From an uncultured delta proteobacterium (lineage in GTDB: Bacteria; Myxococcota_A; Polyangia; Polyangiales; Polyangiaceae), in NCBI GenBank assembly GCA_963716725.1, contig CAVQUB010000001.1, positions 160,001 through 224,000 of the forward strand: a stretch of 64,000 nucleotides of DNA, given 5' to 3'. Below the pieces are notes generated by a model, which saw only the letters and a program-made list of their open reading frames with translations, did not search any database and was not told the origin of the DNA. Both the position numbers and the translations under genes were made by a program. Shown here piece after piece: positions 18,362 to 32,247 of the stretch. The stretch's first letter is position 1; each line of letters opens with the position of its first letter.

Positions 18362-19597
18362 ATGAAGGTGCGCTGTTGCACGTCGGGTCGGTCGAGCGGT
18401 CGCCTGGGTGCGAGAGTGTGGTTGGCCGCGTTGCTCACGCTCGCCACGAGCTGCACCACCAGCTCGACGACGCCGACTGGCCACCCGCCGCGACCGACTG
18501 CGCCACCGTCGGCGTCCGCGCAGCCGACTGCGCCGCGCCACGCGCTTCGCGATACCCGAAGGGGTGGAGCCACGTGCCCGAAGGCCGCACCCGGACCGTA
18601 TCCCGCACTCAGCCGCAGCTTTCATCAGATCGCGTTGCCTGCCGAGGTCGCTTTCGAGCAGCTCGTCGGTTGGGACAATCGCGCGTGGCTGTTGTCTGGC
18701 GAGCGCCTGTTCGTGCACGACGGGAACACCATTGTCAGCGAGGTCCAGCTTTGCCCCGGCGCGGTCCCGAGCCGCGGCAGGTCGTACGGTCTCAGCGTCG
18801 GGTTGTCTGGAGTGTTCGCGGTCGGAATGGACGTGCGAGAAGATTTTGTCCTGGCGCGCGTCGCGAAAGACGGGTCCGTGAGCTGCCAGAACGTGCCGCG
18901 ACTGCCGGCAGGCAGCCTGCAACTCACGCTCGCACTCTGGCCGCAGAAAGATGTGATCGCCCCGCTCCCGCGTGACACGCGACCGTATCTGGGCCTGTCA
19001 ATCCCGTCCCCGCCGGTTGGTTGGGAGGTCGGTTGGTTCCTCTCCACCAGTCCCCGCTCCGCGTGGTTGCAGATGCCCGAAGTTCTGAACCGACGCATGT
19101 GGACCTTCCACTTCGACGGGCAGCGCTGGGCGCCCGCACCGGACGTGCCCTTCGGCCTGGCCGGCGACATGTGGGAGGATCCCACGGGCGTGACTTGGGC
19201 CATCCCCGAGCGCGGACCACGGCTGGCTCTGTTGATCCCCGGCGAAGTCTACTCAAGCTGCCCGGCCAAATACGATGGGAAGACCTGGAGTCTGGTTCCA
19301 GCCGCGGGAGAGAACTGGTTTCAGCCGCATTGGCTGACCGGAACCGCGGCGGATGACATGTGGTTCGTGGGCAGAAAGATCGTATTGCAGTGGGACGGCG
19401 GGCAGTGGCGGGTCGAGAGCTTCGAGGAGGACCTGGAGCGCCGCAGGCTGGTCGGGGCGTCGTTCGAGAGCCAGCCCTTCATGGACCAGTCGGGCTCCCT
19501 GTGGCTTCTGGGCAGGGATCATGCAGACGGAAAGCAGAAGCTCTATCGGACCGATCCGAAGCCGCCCAATGCTCCGCGAGGAAAGCCACCGGGCTGA
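18362..19597 (+). CDS. Hypothetical lipoprotein with Trp-rich propeller-like repeats
   Basis: LATSC lipobox; HFDGQRW, YDGKTW, AADDMWFVG, WDGGQW; start uncertain. Confidence 0.65.
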   Translation: MKVRCCTSGRSSGRLGARVWLAALLTLATSCTTSSTTPTGHPPRPTAPPSASAQPTAPRHALRDTRRGGATCPKAAPGPYPALSRSFHQIALPAEVAFEQLVGWDNRAWLLSGERLFVHDGNTIVSEVQLCPGAVPSRGRSYGLSVGLSGVFAVGMDVREDFVLARVAKDGSVSCQNVPRLPAGSLQLTLALWPQKDVIAPLPRDTRPYLGLSIPSPPVGWEVGWFLSTSPRSAWLQMPEVLNRRMWTFHFDGQRWAPAPDVPFGLAGDMWEDPTGVTWAIPERGPRLALLIPGEVYSSCPAKYDGKTWSLVPAAGENWFQPHWLTGTAADDMWFVGRKIVLQWDGGQWRVESFEEDLERRRLVGASFESQPFMDQSGSLWLLGRDHADGKQKLYRTDPKPPNAPRGKPPG

Positions 19598-19685
19598 GGC
19601 GCCAAGGGCCAGTGCCGTTCACTGGGCGGTCCGACGCGAGGTTGGGCGGCGCTTTCGTGCGTAGTTGCTCATCTTGATCTTCACG

Positions 19686-19915
19686 CAGCTGCGGCGCTGA
19701 ACATTCTGTAGCCATCACGATGCAATTGCGCGAGGCGAAAACATTCGCCTTTTTCCGACTCTACGCGCGCCGATACTGACGCGCCCGTGCGTGCTCTGCT
19801 CACCACATGAACAGCCGCTCCGGCCGCGCCTACGACCACCGGATCAAGGAGCAACTCGTACGGACCAGAAACCCGGCCCTGTTCCCGGAGCTCGGCATCC
19901 CGCGATCGACAGCGG
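19686..19915 (+). mobile_element. Truncated IS (one end plus transposase 5' fragment), same family as 11645-13089
   Basis: CAGCTGCGGCGCTGAACATTCTGTAGCCATCACGATGCAATTGC then MNSRSGRAYDHRIKEQ. Confidence 0.85.
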
Positions 19916-19928
19916 AGCGCGGCGGGGC

Positions 19929-20906
19929 TCAGCCCTTCGCCCCCATCAACCTCGCCGCCTCGATCGCGCCATACGTAAAAATAATATCCGCGCCCGCTCT
20001 CCGCAGGCACAGCAAGCTCTCGAGCAGGCACCGGTCGAACTCCATCCAGCCGTTCTGCGCGGCGGCCTTGAGCATCGCGTATTCGCCGCTCACGTGATAC
20101 GCGGCGACGGGCAGCTCGGAGATCTCGGATACCGCGCGCACCACGTCCGCGTAAGGCAGCCCCGGCTTGACCATCAACCAGTCCGCGCCCTCCTCTTCGT
20201 CCAGGCGCACTTCGCGCAAGCATTCGCGGATGTTGGCTGGGTCCATCTGGTACGTCTTCTTGTCTCCGGCGCGTGGGGCCGAATCCAGGGCGTCGCGGAA
20301 GGGGCCGTAGAAGCCCGAGGCGTACTTCACGCAGTAGCTGCAGATCAGCACGTCGGTGTGGCCGGCCTCGTCCAAGGCCGCGCGGATGGCGCCGACGCGG
20401 CCGTCCATCATGTCGCTGGGAGCCACGACGTCGGCGCCGGCGGCGGCCTGGGCGACAGCCATCTTCGCCAGGAGCGGGACCGTCTCGTCGTTGTCGATGA
20501 GCCCGTCGATGACCACGCCGTCGTGGCCGTCCGACGAATACGGGTCCAGGGCGACGTCGGTGATCACCACCAGCTCCGGCAGCGCGGCCTTGAGCGCGCG
20601 GACGGCGCGCTGGAGCAGGCCGGAGGCGTTCAGGCTCTCGGTGCCGCGCTGGTTCTTCAACGCGTCGGTGAGGGCGGGGAAGAGCGCGACCGCGGGCACG
20701 CCGAGCTCGAACGCTTCGCGAGATTTTTGCACCAGGAGCTCGAGGTCGAGGCGCGCGTGGCCCGGCATGCTCGCGATGGGATGCGCGCCGGGACCTTCGT
20801 GGACGAAGAGCGGCAGGACCAGGTGCTCCGGTCCGAGCGCGGTCTCGCGCACGAGCCCTCGGATCCCGGCGCTCACTCGGTTACGTCGCGGTCGGTTCAT
20901 CGGCAT
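19929..20906 (-). CDS. hemB: Porphobilinogen synthase (ALA dehydratase), Asp-rich metal site
   Basis: [62 protein letters not shown]. Confidence 0.97.
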   Translation of the reverse strand: MPMNRPRRNRVSAGIRGLVRETALGPEHLVLPLFVHEGPGAHPIASMPGHARLDLELLVQKSREAFELGVPAVALFPALTDALKNQRGTESLNASGLLQRAVRALKAALPELVVITDVALDPYSSDGHDGVVIDGLIDNDETVPLLAKMAVAQAAAGADVVAPSDMMDGRVGAIRAALDEAGHTDVLICSYCVKYASGFYGPFRDALDSAPRAGDKKTYQMDPANIRECLREVRLDEEEGADWLMVKPGLPYADVVRAVSEISELPVAAYHVSGEYAMLKAAAQNGWMEFDRCLLESLLCLRRAGADIIFTYGAIEAARLMGAKG

Positions 20907-20972
20907 GGCCGGGATCTACCGCACTTCCATCGGCGTGCGAACAGCCCGCCCGCGGTGTGGTAGCCTCCTCGA

Positions 20973-22103
20973 ATGGCGGGGCGTCAAACGGTCCGGTTCG
21001 CAGTTCGGTTTTCTTTGGCCGGCATGCTCGCACTGTGTGCGCTGCACTGCTCGGCGGGTGGAGACAGCGGCGGGGGCAACGGAGCCACGAGCGGCACGGG
21101 GGCCGGCGGTTCTGGCGGCAGCGGCGCGAAGGGAACCGGCGGTGACTCGGGGCTGATCATTCCCTTCGACGGAGAGGCGCCGGACTACTCGACGGACGCG
21201 TTCTTCGCGGTCGATCCTCCGCCACCCGACTGCAGCGACTCGGGCGCAAAGCCCATCAAGCCTGGTGGCACGCCGGAGTGCCCCGACGACAAGAACCTCC
21301 AGGGCTGTCCCTGCCCGACCGCGGGCGCCACCGCGCCCTGCTGGCCCGGCAAGCGCAAGAACCGAAACCGCGGCGCGTGCAAGGACGGCGTCACGACCTG
21401 CGCGGGCAGCTCCGAGTTCAAGCTCGCCTGGGGCGAGTGCAAGGGCTTCGCGGGCATCGCTCCGCCGACCTTCGAACCGGCGCCGGGCGCGACGGGCGCC
21501 GCGGCCTGCACCTGCTTCAGCGGCGGTTACTGGGACGTCAAGAATACGAGCCCGTGCTTCTACACCGACGCCGGCGGCAAGGTCATCGGCGGAGTCTCGA
21601 CCATCGTCGACGCGAGTGGGCCGCGCTGCCCGACCGAGAGCGAGATGAGCTTCACCACGGGCACGCCGCCGGCGCAGCCCTTCAGCGCCAACACGCTCAA
21701 GGTCGACTGCAACGGCTACTTCAAGCTCTGCTTCACGCTGCAGGCTTTGTCGCAGAAGGGCGCCGCCAAGAATCAGGGCTCCGACTGCCAGGTGATGCAG
21801 GTCTGCAGCGAGGGCCACTACGGCGAGGCCGGCAAAGGCCCGAACGGCACCGACGGCGTGCAGACGATGCCGGACCTGCCCGGGTGGATCACCAAGACCT
21901 CGGCCGAGACCGCCTGCGCCGGATCGTTCTACACCAACGGCGGCTACGGGACGTTCAGCGTCGAGGGCATCAGCGACGAGTGCGATCAGGTGAAGAAGGG
22001 CTTCTTGACCTTCGACTACTGCCCCATCTACTGCAACGAGCCGGCGAACAAGAGCAAGCCCGAGTGCGTGAACTGCAAGACGGGCAGCGGCGGGCCGTTC
22101 TGA
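20973..22103 (+). CDS. Cys-rich secreted/lipoprotein
   Basis: Signal peptide with ALHC, Gly linker, many Cys; strong GC3. Confidence 0.8.
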   Translation: MAGRQTVRFAVRFSLAGMLALCALHCSAGGDSGGGNGATSGTGAGGSGGSGAKGTGGDSGLIIPFDGEAPDYSTDAFFAVDPPPPDCSDSGAKPIKPGGTPECPDDKNLQGCPCPTAGATAPCWPGKRKNRNRGACKDGVTTCAGSSEFKLAWGECKGFAGIAPPTFEPAPGATGAAACTCFSGGYWDVKNTSPCFYTDAGGKVIGGVSTIVDASGPRCPTESEMSFTTGTPPAQPFSANTLKVDCNGYFKLCFTLQALSQKGAAKNQGSDCQVMQVCSEGHYGEAGKGPNGTDGVQTMPDLPGWITKTSAETACAGSFYTNGGYGTFSVEGISDECDQVKKGFLTFDYCPIYCNEPANKSKPECVNCKTGSGGPF

Positions 22104-22120
22104 GCTAGGATCGGCCGACC

Positions 22121-22747
22121 TTGGGCATCCTCTACCTGGCCGCGCTGATCATCGGCTTCGGCACCATCGCGCTCCAGCTCGCCATGGGCGGCGAGTCGGA
22201 CGCGGACGCGGACGCCGACGCGGACGTGCACCTCGACGCGGAGCTCGACGCTGACGCGGACGCGGACGCGGACGGCGATCACGGCCACGCCGACCACGGC
22301 CACGGCGACGGCGGCTTCCTGCCGATCTTCCTGTCGCTCCGCTTCTGGACCTTCACCTTCATGGCCTTCGGGCTCAGTGGATCGCTGATCCACTATCTGG
22401 ACTTGGCAAACTCGGCGGTGGCGCTGATCATCGCGATCGCGCTGGGTCTCGGCGCTGGCCTGCTGGCGTCGCTGACCTTCCGGGCACTCTCCAACAGCGA
22501 AGCGAACTCCGGGGCCACGGATCGTGACGCGGTGGGCACGGTCGGGAAGGTGCTGCTGCCGCTTGGCAAGGGCGCACGCGGCAAGATCCGCATCCAGCTC
22601 AAGGGGCAGACGGTGGATTTCGTCGCCACCACGGACGACGAGCAAATCGAGAGCGGGCAGCTGGTGATGATCGAGGAAATGCGCGAGACCACAGCGCACG
22701 TTTCCCGCGCTCCGGTCGAGCTGCTTCCGCCGAAGCGCGAGCCGTAG
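22121..22747 (+). CDS. NfeD-like (YuaF-type) membrane protein
   Basis: TM, acidic/His loop, two TMs, C-terminal OB-like VGTVGKV...GKIRI; upstream of flotillins. Confidence 0.85.
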   Translation: MGILYLAALIIGFGTIALQLAMGGESDADADADADVHLDAELDADADADADGDHGHADHGHGDGGFLPIFLSLRFWTFTFMAFGLSGSLIHYLDLANSAVALIIAIALGLGAGLLASLTFRALSNSEANSGATDRDAVGTVGKVLLPLGKGARGKIRIQLKGQTVDFVATTDDEQIESGQLVMIEEMRETTAHVSRAPVELLPPKREP

Positions 22748-22781
22748 CGCGCCGCGCAGAGCTCGCCTATGCTCGCGAGCC

Positions 22782-24083
22782 ATGCAATCCCAATTGCCGC
22801 CGGAGCTGGGGCTGGATCCGGATTCGATGATGGTGCTGCTCGGGGCAGCGGGCATCGTCTTCGGACTCGCTTTCCTGATCTTCTTGTTGTCGCGTCTGCT
22901 TGTGATTTGTAAGCCGAACGAGATCGTGGTCATCAGCGGGCGCAAGCACCAGCTCGCCGACGGCTCGACCGTCGGCTACAAGGTGCTGCACGGCGGCCGC
23001 GGGTTCCGCATCCCCCTGCTCGAGCAGGTCAACCGCATGGACATGCGGCTGATCCCGGTGCAGGTCGAGGTGCACAACGCCTACTCGCGCGGTGGCATCC
23101 CGCTGATGGTGCACGCCATCGCCAACGTGAAGATCTCCAGCCAGCCGGGCCTGGCTCGCAACGCCATCGAGCGGTCGCTCAACATGACTCCGAGACAGAT
23201 CGGGGCGGTGGCGCAGCAGACCCTGGAAGGCGTGTTGCGCGAGGTGGTCGCGGAGCTGACGCCCGAGGAGGTCAACGAAGACCGGCTCAAGTTCGCTGGC
23301 ACGCTGATCCGCCACGCCAAGGACGACTTCGACAAACTCGGGATTGAGCTCGACGTGCTCAAGGTGCAGAGCGTCAGCGACGAGCAGAAGTACCTCGCGA
23401 ACCTGGGCCGCGCGCGCATCGCTCGCATGATCCGCGACGCGCAGAACGCCGAGAACAGCGCGAACCAGGCCATCGCCGAGGCGCAGGCGACCAACCGCCA
23501 ACGCGCCGAGACCGCCCAGAAACAATCCGAGGCGCAGGTGCTCACCAAGCGCAACGAGCTTCGAGCGGAGCTCGCTCGCCTCGAGGCGCAATCCAAGTCC
23601 ATCGAGAACGAGGCGGACGTCGCCGCACAGACCGCGCGGTCCGAAGCGGAGCAAGAGCTCCAGCAGTTGCGCGCGGAGTTCGAGCGCCTGCGCCTGGAAT
23701 GTGACGTGTTTTTGCCGGCAGAAGCCGATCGCCTCGCCTCCGAGGCGGACGCCCGCGGTCACGCCGCGCCCGTCGTCGAGAGCGGAAAGGCGTCGGCAGA
23801 GGCCCTGCGCATGGTGGCGCACGAGTGGCAAGCCGCGGGTCGGGATGGTCGCGATCTCTACGTGCTCCAGCACCTGCGCCAGTTCGTCGAAGCCGCGGTC
23901 GCCCGCGTCACCCGGGCCAAGATCGGGGAGCTGAATGTCGTGGATGGTGGTGACGGTGCCAGCTTCACCGGAACGGTGGCCAGCTTCCCCGCCGCCGTGT
24001 CTCAGGTCCTGCAGGAGACTGGAAACGCCCTCGGCGTGGACATGAAATCACTGCTCGAAGGCAAGAAGGAGGCAGGACGATGA
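22782..24083 (+). CDS. Flotillin/SPFH protein
   Basis: CKPNEIVVISGR, TLEGVLREVVAELTPEEVNEDR, Ala/Glu coiled coil. Confidence 0.92.
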   Translation: MQSQLPPELGLDPDSMMVLLGAAGIVFGLAFLIFLLSRLLVICKPNEIVVISGRKHQLADGSTVGYKVLHGGRGFRIPLLEQVNRMDMRLIPVQVEVHNAYSRGGIPLMVHAIANVKISSQPGLARNAIERSLNMTPRQIGAVAQQTLEGVLREVVAELTPEEVNEDRLKFAGTLIRHAKDDFDKLGIELDVLKVQSVSDEQKYLANLGRARIARMIRDAQNAENSANQAIAEAQATNRQRAETAQKQSEAQVLTKRNELRAELARLEAQSKSIENEADVAAQTARSEAEQELQQLRAEFERLRLECDVFLPAEADRLASEADARGHAAPVVESGKASAEALRMVAHEWQAAGRDGRDLYVLQHLRQFVEAAVARVTRAKIGELNVVDGGDGASFTGTVASFPAAVSQVLQETGNALGVDMKSLLEGKKEAGR

Positions 24084-25319
24084 CCGGTCTACTCATGGTT
24101 GGCGCGATCACGGTCTTCGTCGTTTTTGTCGCGCTCTACTTGATGGTGAAGAAGTTGCTCTGGGTCTCCACGCCCAACGAAGCGCTGATCTTCAGCGGCA
24201 CGACCCGGCAGCTCGGCGACGGTCGAAGCGTCGGATTTCAGATTCGTGCGTGGCGGTCGCGCCTTGCGTCGACCGCTGGTCGAGAAGGTCGACGTGCTGG
24301 ACCTCAGCATGTTCACCGTGGTGGTGAACGTGACTGCGGCGTTCTCCAAGGGCGGCATCCCGCTGACCGTGCAGGGCGTGGCCAACGTCAAGCTGCCCGG
24401 AGAAGATCCCTTGCTCTCGAACACGGTGGAGCGCTTCTTGGGGCGCTCGCGTGAAGAGATCTATTACATCGCGAAGGAGACTCTCGAAGGCAACCTGCGC
24501 GGGGTGCTCGCGAGTCTGACTCCCGAAGAGGTCAACGAGGACAAGCAGGCATTCGCGACCAAGCTCTTGGACGAGGCCGAGCACGACATGAGCCGCATCG
24601 GCCTCGTGCTCGACACGCTCAAGATCCAGAACGTCACCGACGAGGTGAACTACCTGCAGAGCATCGGTCGCATCCGCGGCGCGGGCCAGAATCAGCTCCA
24701 GGCCATCGCCGAGGCCGAGGCGCGGGCGGACGCATCGGTGCAGCAGGCGTCCAACTGGGCCGCCTCCGAGGTGGCCAAGGTCGACGCGGACGTGCAGATC
24801 GCGCGGCAAGAGACCGCCAAGCGCATCGCCGAAGCGACCAGCCGGCGCGAGGCGATGATCCAAGAGTCGCGCGGCCAGGTTCTGGCTCAGATCGCCCAAG
24901 TGCGCGCCGAGATCGATCGGCAGAAGGCTCGAGCGCCTCAAGAGAAACGCCGACTCGACGCTGACGTGGTGCAGCCGGCCATCGCGCGCCAGCGCGCTGC
25001 GGAAGAATCGGCGAAGGGCGACGCAGCCTCGACCATCGAGCGTGGGCGCGCCGAAGCGGCCTCACTCAAGCAACTGGTCGAGGCCTATCGTCAGGGCGGG
25101 ACGGCGTCCCGGGACGTGCTCGCCTTGCAGAATCTGATGCCGCTGCTGGCTCACGTGTCCGGCGCGCACCACTCGCTCAGCATCGGCAAGCTCACGGTGT
25201 TGCCGACCCGCGAGGCCGAGGGCAGCGACGTCGCCCGCAAGGCGATTGGCGCGGCGGAGCAGATCCGGGCCGCGACCGGCGTGGATCTGGCGGGAGTCGC
25301 CAAGAAACTCGGAGGCTGA
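24080..25319 (+). CDS. Second flotillin/SPFH protein; frameshift at ~24237
   Basis: PNEALIFSG (frame 1) joins GGRALRRP...TLEGNLRGVLASLTPEEVNEDK (frame 2) on removing one T from GGATTTCAGA. Confidence 0.88.
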
Positions 25320-25336
25320 TCGCGGTCAGCCTCGCG

Positions 25337-26167
25337 GTGGCGCGTCGCGCCGGAACCGCGCATACTGCCTGGGCCTTGCGAAAGCTTATTTCGATCTGGG
25401 GCCCGGGCTGGGCGCGCCGCTGGACCGTGCTCGGCGCGATCGGCGCAGCACTTGCGTTTGGCGGCTGCGACTTGAATCCTCAGCCCGAGGTGCCGAGCAA
25501 CACCGCGGGCGGTGGCGGCGGCATCGGCGGCGCTGGCGGTGGTGCCGGCGGCGTTGCGTCCGGCGGCGCGCCGACCGGCGGCGGAGGCGGCCTGGCTGGC
25601 GGCGGTGCTGGCGGCGGGGCCGGCGGGGCCGGCGGGGCGGGTGGCGGTACGTCGAAGTGCAATGGCGGCTGCGCTCTGGGCGAGCTGTGCAACGAAGGCA
25701 AGTGTGCGGACGATCCCTGCGCGCCGAACTCGTGCATGTCGGACCAAGCCTGCAAACCCAGCGCCGACTTCACGGCGTCGAACTGCGTCGAGTCGTGCGC
25801 GGACGTCGTGTGCAATGCCGGCGAGACCTGCACAGACGGAGCCTGCAAACCCACGGGTTGTGCCGTTCCCTGCGCGTCCGGCGAGGTGTGCGCGCAGAAC
25901 ACCGATGGCGGCGGCGGGTGCGTGCCGGATCTCTGCGCGGGTGACGCGGCGATCTCGTGCGGGCTGGGTGAAAGCTGCGCGCCGACATCGGGCGTCTGCT
26001 CGCCTGACCCGTGCAACGGGGTGAAGTGCCCAGCGCAGCAGATCTGCGCCGCGGGTGAGTGCCGATGGTCGGGTGACGGCGGCGCGGCGGACGGTGGCGC
26101 GGGCGACGCGGGCGACGCGGGCGACGCGAGCGAGGCGAGCGACGCGAGCGACGCGAGCGCGGACTGA
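25337..26167 (+). CDS. Cys-rich lipoprotein
   Basis: AFGGC lipobox, poly-Gly linker, repeated C..V.C..GE.C..G.C; start may be downstream. Confidence 0.75.
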   Translation: MARRAGTAHTAWALRKLISIWGPGWARRWTVLGAIGAALAFGGCDLNPQPEVPSNTAGGGGGIGGAGGGAGGVASGGAPTGGGGGLAGGGAGGGAGGAGGAGGGTSKCNGGCALGELCNEGKCADDPCAPNSCMSDQACKPSADFTASNCVESCADVVCNAGETCTDGACKPTGCAVPCASGEVCAQNTDGGGGCVPDLCAGDAAISCGLGESCAPTSGVCSPDPCNGVKCPAQQICAAGECRWSGDGGAADGGAGDAGDAGDASEASDASDASAD

Positions 26168-26234
26168 AGCGCATTTTGCAGGCAGACGGGCCACTCCCGC
26201 CGCCTGCCGCAATGTGCCAGAATGCGGCTTCAGC

Positions 26235-27359
<1,125 letters not shown>

Positions 27360-27362
27360 CGC

Positions 27363-30133
<2,771 letters not shown>

Positions 30134-30137
30134 GGCC

Positions 30138-31382
30138 ATGACGCCGCGACCTCTCGCGTACCTTCTGATCGCCGGCGTGGTGGCCTGCGGCGAGTCGCGT
30201 CCTGCCGAGTCTGCGCCGCAGGGTGCTCGCAGCAACGCGCCCCCACCGCCCGGTCTCTACTCGGAGATGCACGCGCCCGCGCCTGCGCCGCCGCCTCTGG
30301 GCACCGCGCCGAGCTGCGTGCCCGGCGTGCCCTGCGCTCCCGGCATTGCCGCGCCTGCGCCAGCGAGCGCCACGCCGCCCCCGCCGCCCGCGCCAGCAAC
30401 GCCCGAGCCGCCCAAGGCGGGCAAGATGCCCGGCGGGCTGTCCCGCGGCACCGGAGACGCGCTCGACGCCGCGCTCTTCGAGGGGGACAAGGCCTACGCT
30501 GCCGATCAGCTCGCCGCCGCTGAGCAGCACTACACACGCGCGAAGAAGCTCGCGCCCAGAGATCCGGCGCCGGAAGTCGGCCTGGTGCGCGTGGCGCTGT
30601 CCAGGTCCGGAGTCGCAACCGACTACGCGGCGGCGCCCAAGGACAAGAAGATAGGCGCCCTGGAAAAACGCGTGAGCGCCGTGATCCGGGCGCATGCGAG
30701 CTATGGGCCCGCGCGCGTCGAGCGCGGCCGCCTGCTCTTGATCTTGGGTCTGGCCGACCAAGCGCTGTCCGAGCTCGAACAGGCGGTCACCCTCGAGCCC
30801 AACGATCCCGAGTCGCACTCGGCGCTGGGCGTTGCGCTGCTCGCGACCGGCAAGGCCGATCAGGCCCTGGCGCGGTTCCGGCGCGCGGCGGAGCTGGACC
30901 GCGACAACCCCGCGCGGCTCACGAACCTGGGGACGGCGCACATGATGCGCGGTCAGGTCGAGGACGCCATCAAGGCCTACGAGCGCGCGGTCGCGCTGGC
31001 GCCGAACGACGCGCGCGCGCGGGGCGATCTCGGTACGGCGCTGCTCTCCGCAAACCGCCCGGACCACGCGCTGCCGCACCTGGAGGCAGCGGTCAAGCTC
31101 GCGCCCGAGCGCGCCACCTTCCTCTCGAACCTCGGCTACGCACAACAGCAGCGTGGCAAGCTCGACCAGGCCATCGACACCTACAAGCTCGCGCTCAAGA
31201 AAGATCCCAAGCTGGGATCGGCGTGGATCAACCTGGGCACCGCTCTCGCGCAGAAGGGCAAGCTCGACGAAGCCGAAGCGGCTTTCAAGAAGGCGCAGGC
31301 GCTCGACGCCAGCGACCCGCGCGTGAAGGCCAATCTGGACGAGCTGGCGGAGCTGCGGAAGAAGACCAAGCCGAAGCCCTGA
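30138..31382 (+). CDS. TPR-repeat lipoprotein
   Basis: VVAC lipobox, Pro-rich linker, tandem TPRs (NLG..A...Y..A..L.P). Confidence 0.9.
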   Translation: MTPRPLAYLLIAGVVACGESRPAESAPQGARSNAPPPPGLYSEMHAPAPAPPPLGTAPSCVPGVPCAPGIAAPAPASATPPPPPAPATPEPPKAGKMPGGLSRGTGDALDAALFEGDKAYAADQLAAAEQHYTRAKKLAPRDPAPEVGLVRVALSRSGVATDYAAAPKDKKIGALEKRVSAVIRAHASYGPARVERGRLLLILGLADQALSELEQAVTLEPNDPESHSALGVALLATGKADQALARFRRAAELDRDNPARLTNLGTAHMMRGQVEDAIKAYERAVALAPNDARARGDLGTALLSANRPDHALPHLEAAVKLAPERATFLSNLGYAQQQRGKLDQAIDTYKLALKKDPKLGSAWINLGTALAQKGKLDEAEAAFKKAQALDASDPRVKANLDELAELRKKTKPKP

Positions 31383-31398
31383 GCGCGCGGCCGCTGCC

Positions 31399-32220
31399 TC
31401 AGTTGTGGCGTTCCCAAGGGTGGTCCCGCCGCGCGGCCCGGACCCCCGAAATCTCGAGCCCCGGCAGAGCCTGGTATTCGAGGGGCTCGACCAGTCGTAC
31501 GAGCTGGTCTCTGGTGACCAAATAGGGTCGGCCGTCGACCTGGATGAACGCCGTTGCCCAGAATGCGTCGAGGTCCTTCTCTCCGGACCTCACCACCACG
31601 TAGCCCTCGCGCACGTGCCTCAACGTGAGCGTCGCGCCTGGCACCTGGTTGACGACCAACTGCCGTCGCGCCTCGCCCAGGCCGTCGCTCTGGGTGTCCA
31701 TGCCCTCCCAGTTGGGCAGGTAGGTGAACGCTTTCACCTCGGCGTGGGGCGGGCTCGGCACCGCCACGCGCGGCAGAAGCTCGCTGCAATTTGCAGCGCG
31801 CCACGCGCGGCAGCTCGTGCCCTGCTCCCTGCTCTCACCCCGCGCGAGCAAGAGCTCCGCGCGCGCCCGCGTCTTCTGTCGGCACACCGACTGGGCTCCC
31901 ACCAGAAAGAAGGTCACTTCGTTCTCGGCATCGGGCAACGGCCGATAGCCCAAGATGACGCCCGCCGCCGCCGACTCTCCGAAGCAATCCGAGTCGGGCA
32001 ACAAGACCTCCGCCGGAGCCCGGCCGATCACCAACGGACGCACGATCTTGCTTGGTAGGACCGCGGCTTTCGCGTCGGTCCGCGCCGGTCGAGGCTCGGG
32101 GACCTCCACGGTGGCGGGCGGCGCCGCGCTCGCGCAGGGCGAAGGCGGGCTGCCGCAGGCGACTGCGGCGATCGCAAACGCCAGTTTTGGGACGGGACCC
32201 ATGCTGCCGGGTCTCAGCAT
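31399..32220 (-). CDS. Hypothetical lipoprotein
   Basis: AAVAC lipobox; fills the gap between neighbouring genes. Confidence 0.6.
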   Translation of the reverse strand: MLRPGSMGPVPKLAFAIAAVACGSPPSPCASAAPPATVEVPEPRPARTDAKAAVLPSKIVRPLVIGRAPAEVLLPDSDCFGESAAAGVILGYRPLPDAENEVTFFLVGAQSVCRQKTRARAELLLARGESREQGTSCRAWRAANCSELLPRVAVPSPPHAEVKAFTYLPNWEGMDTQSDGLGEARRQLVVNQVPGATLTLRHVREGYVVVRSGEKDLDAFWATAFIQVDGRPYLVTRDQLVRLVEPLEYQALPGLEISGVRAARRDHPWERHN

Positions 32221-32247
32221 AGTCCGAGCTCGGCGCTGCGGGCCACC

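Noticed and set aside
22196..22275. GACGCG hexamer repeats (also 26098-26163) as regulatory repeats
   Set aside because: In-frame Asp-Ala low-complexity linkers.
24230..24245. Programmed frameshift in the second flotillin
   Set aside because: No slippery heptamer; it resembles the other single-base insertion errors.
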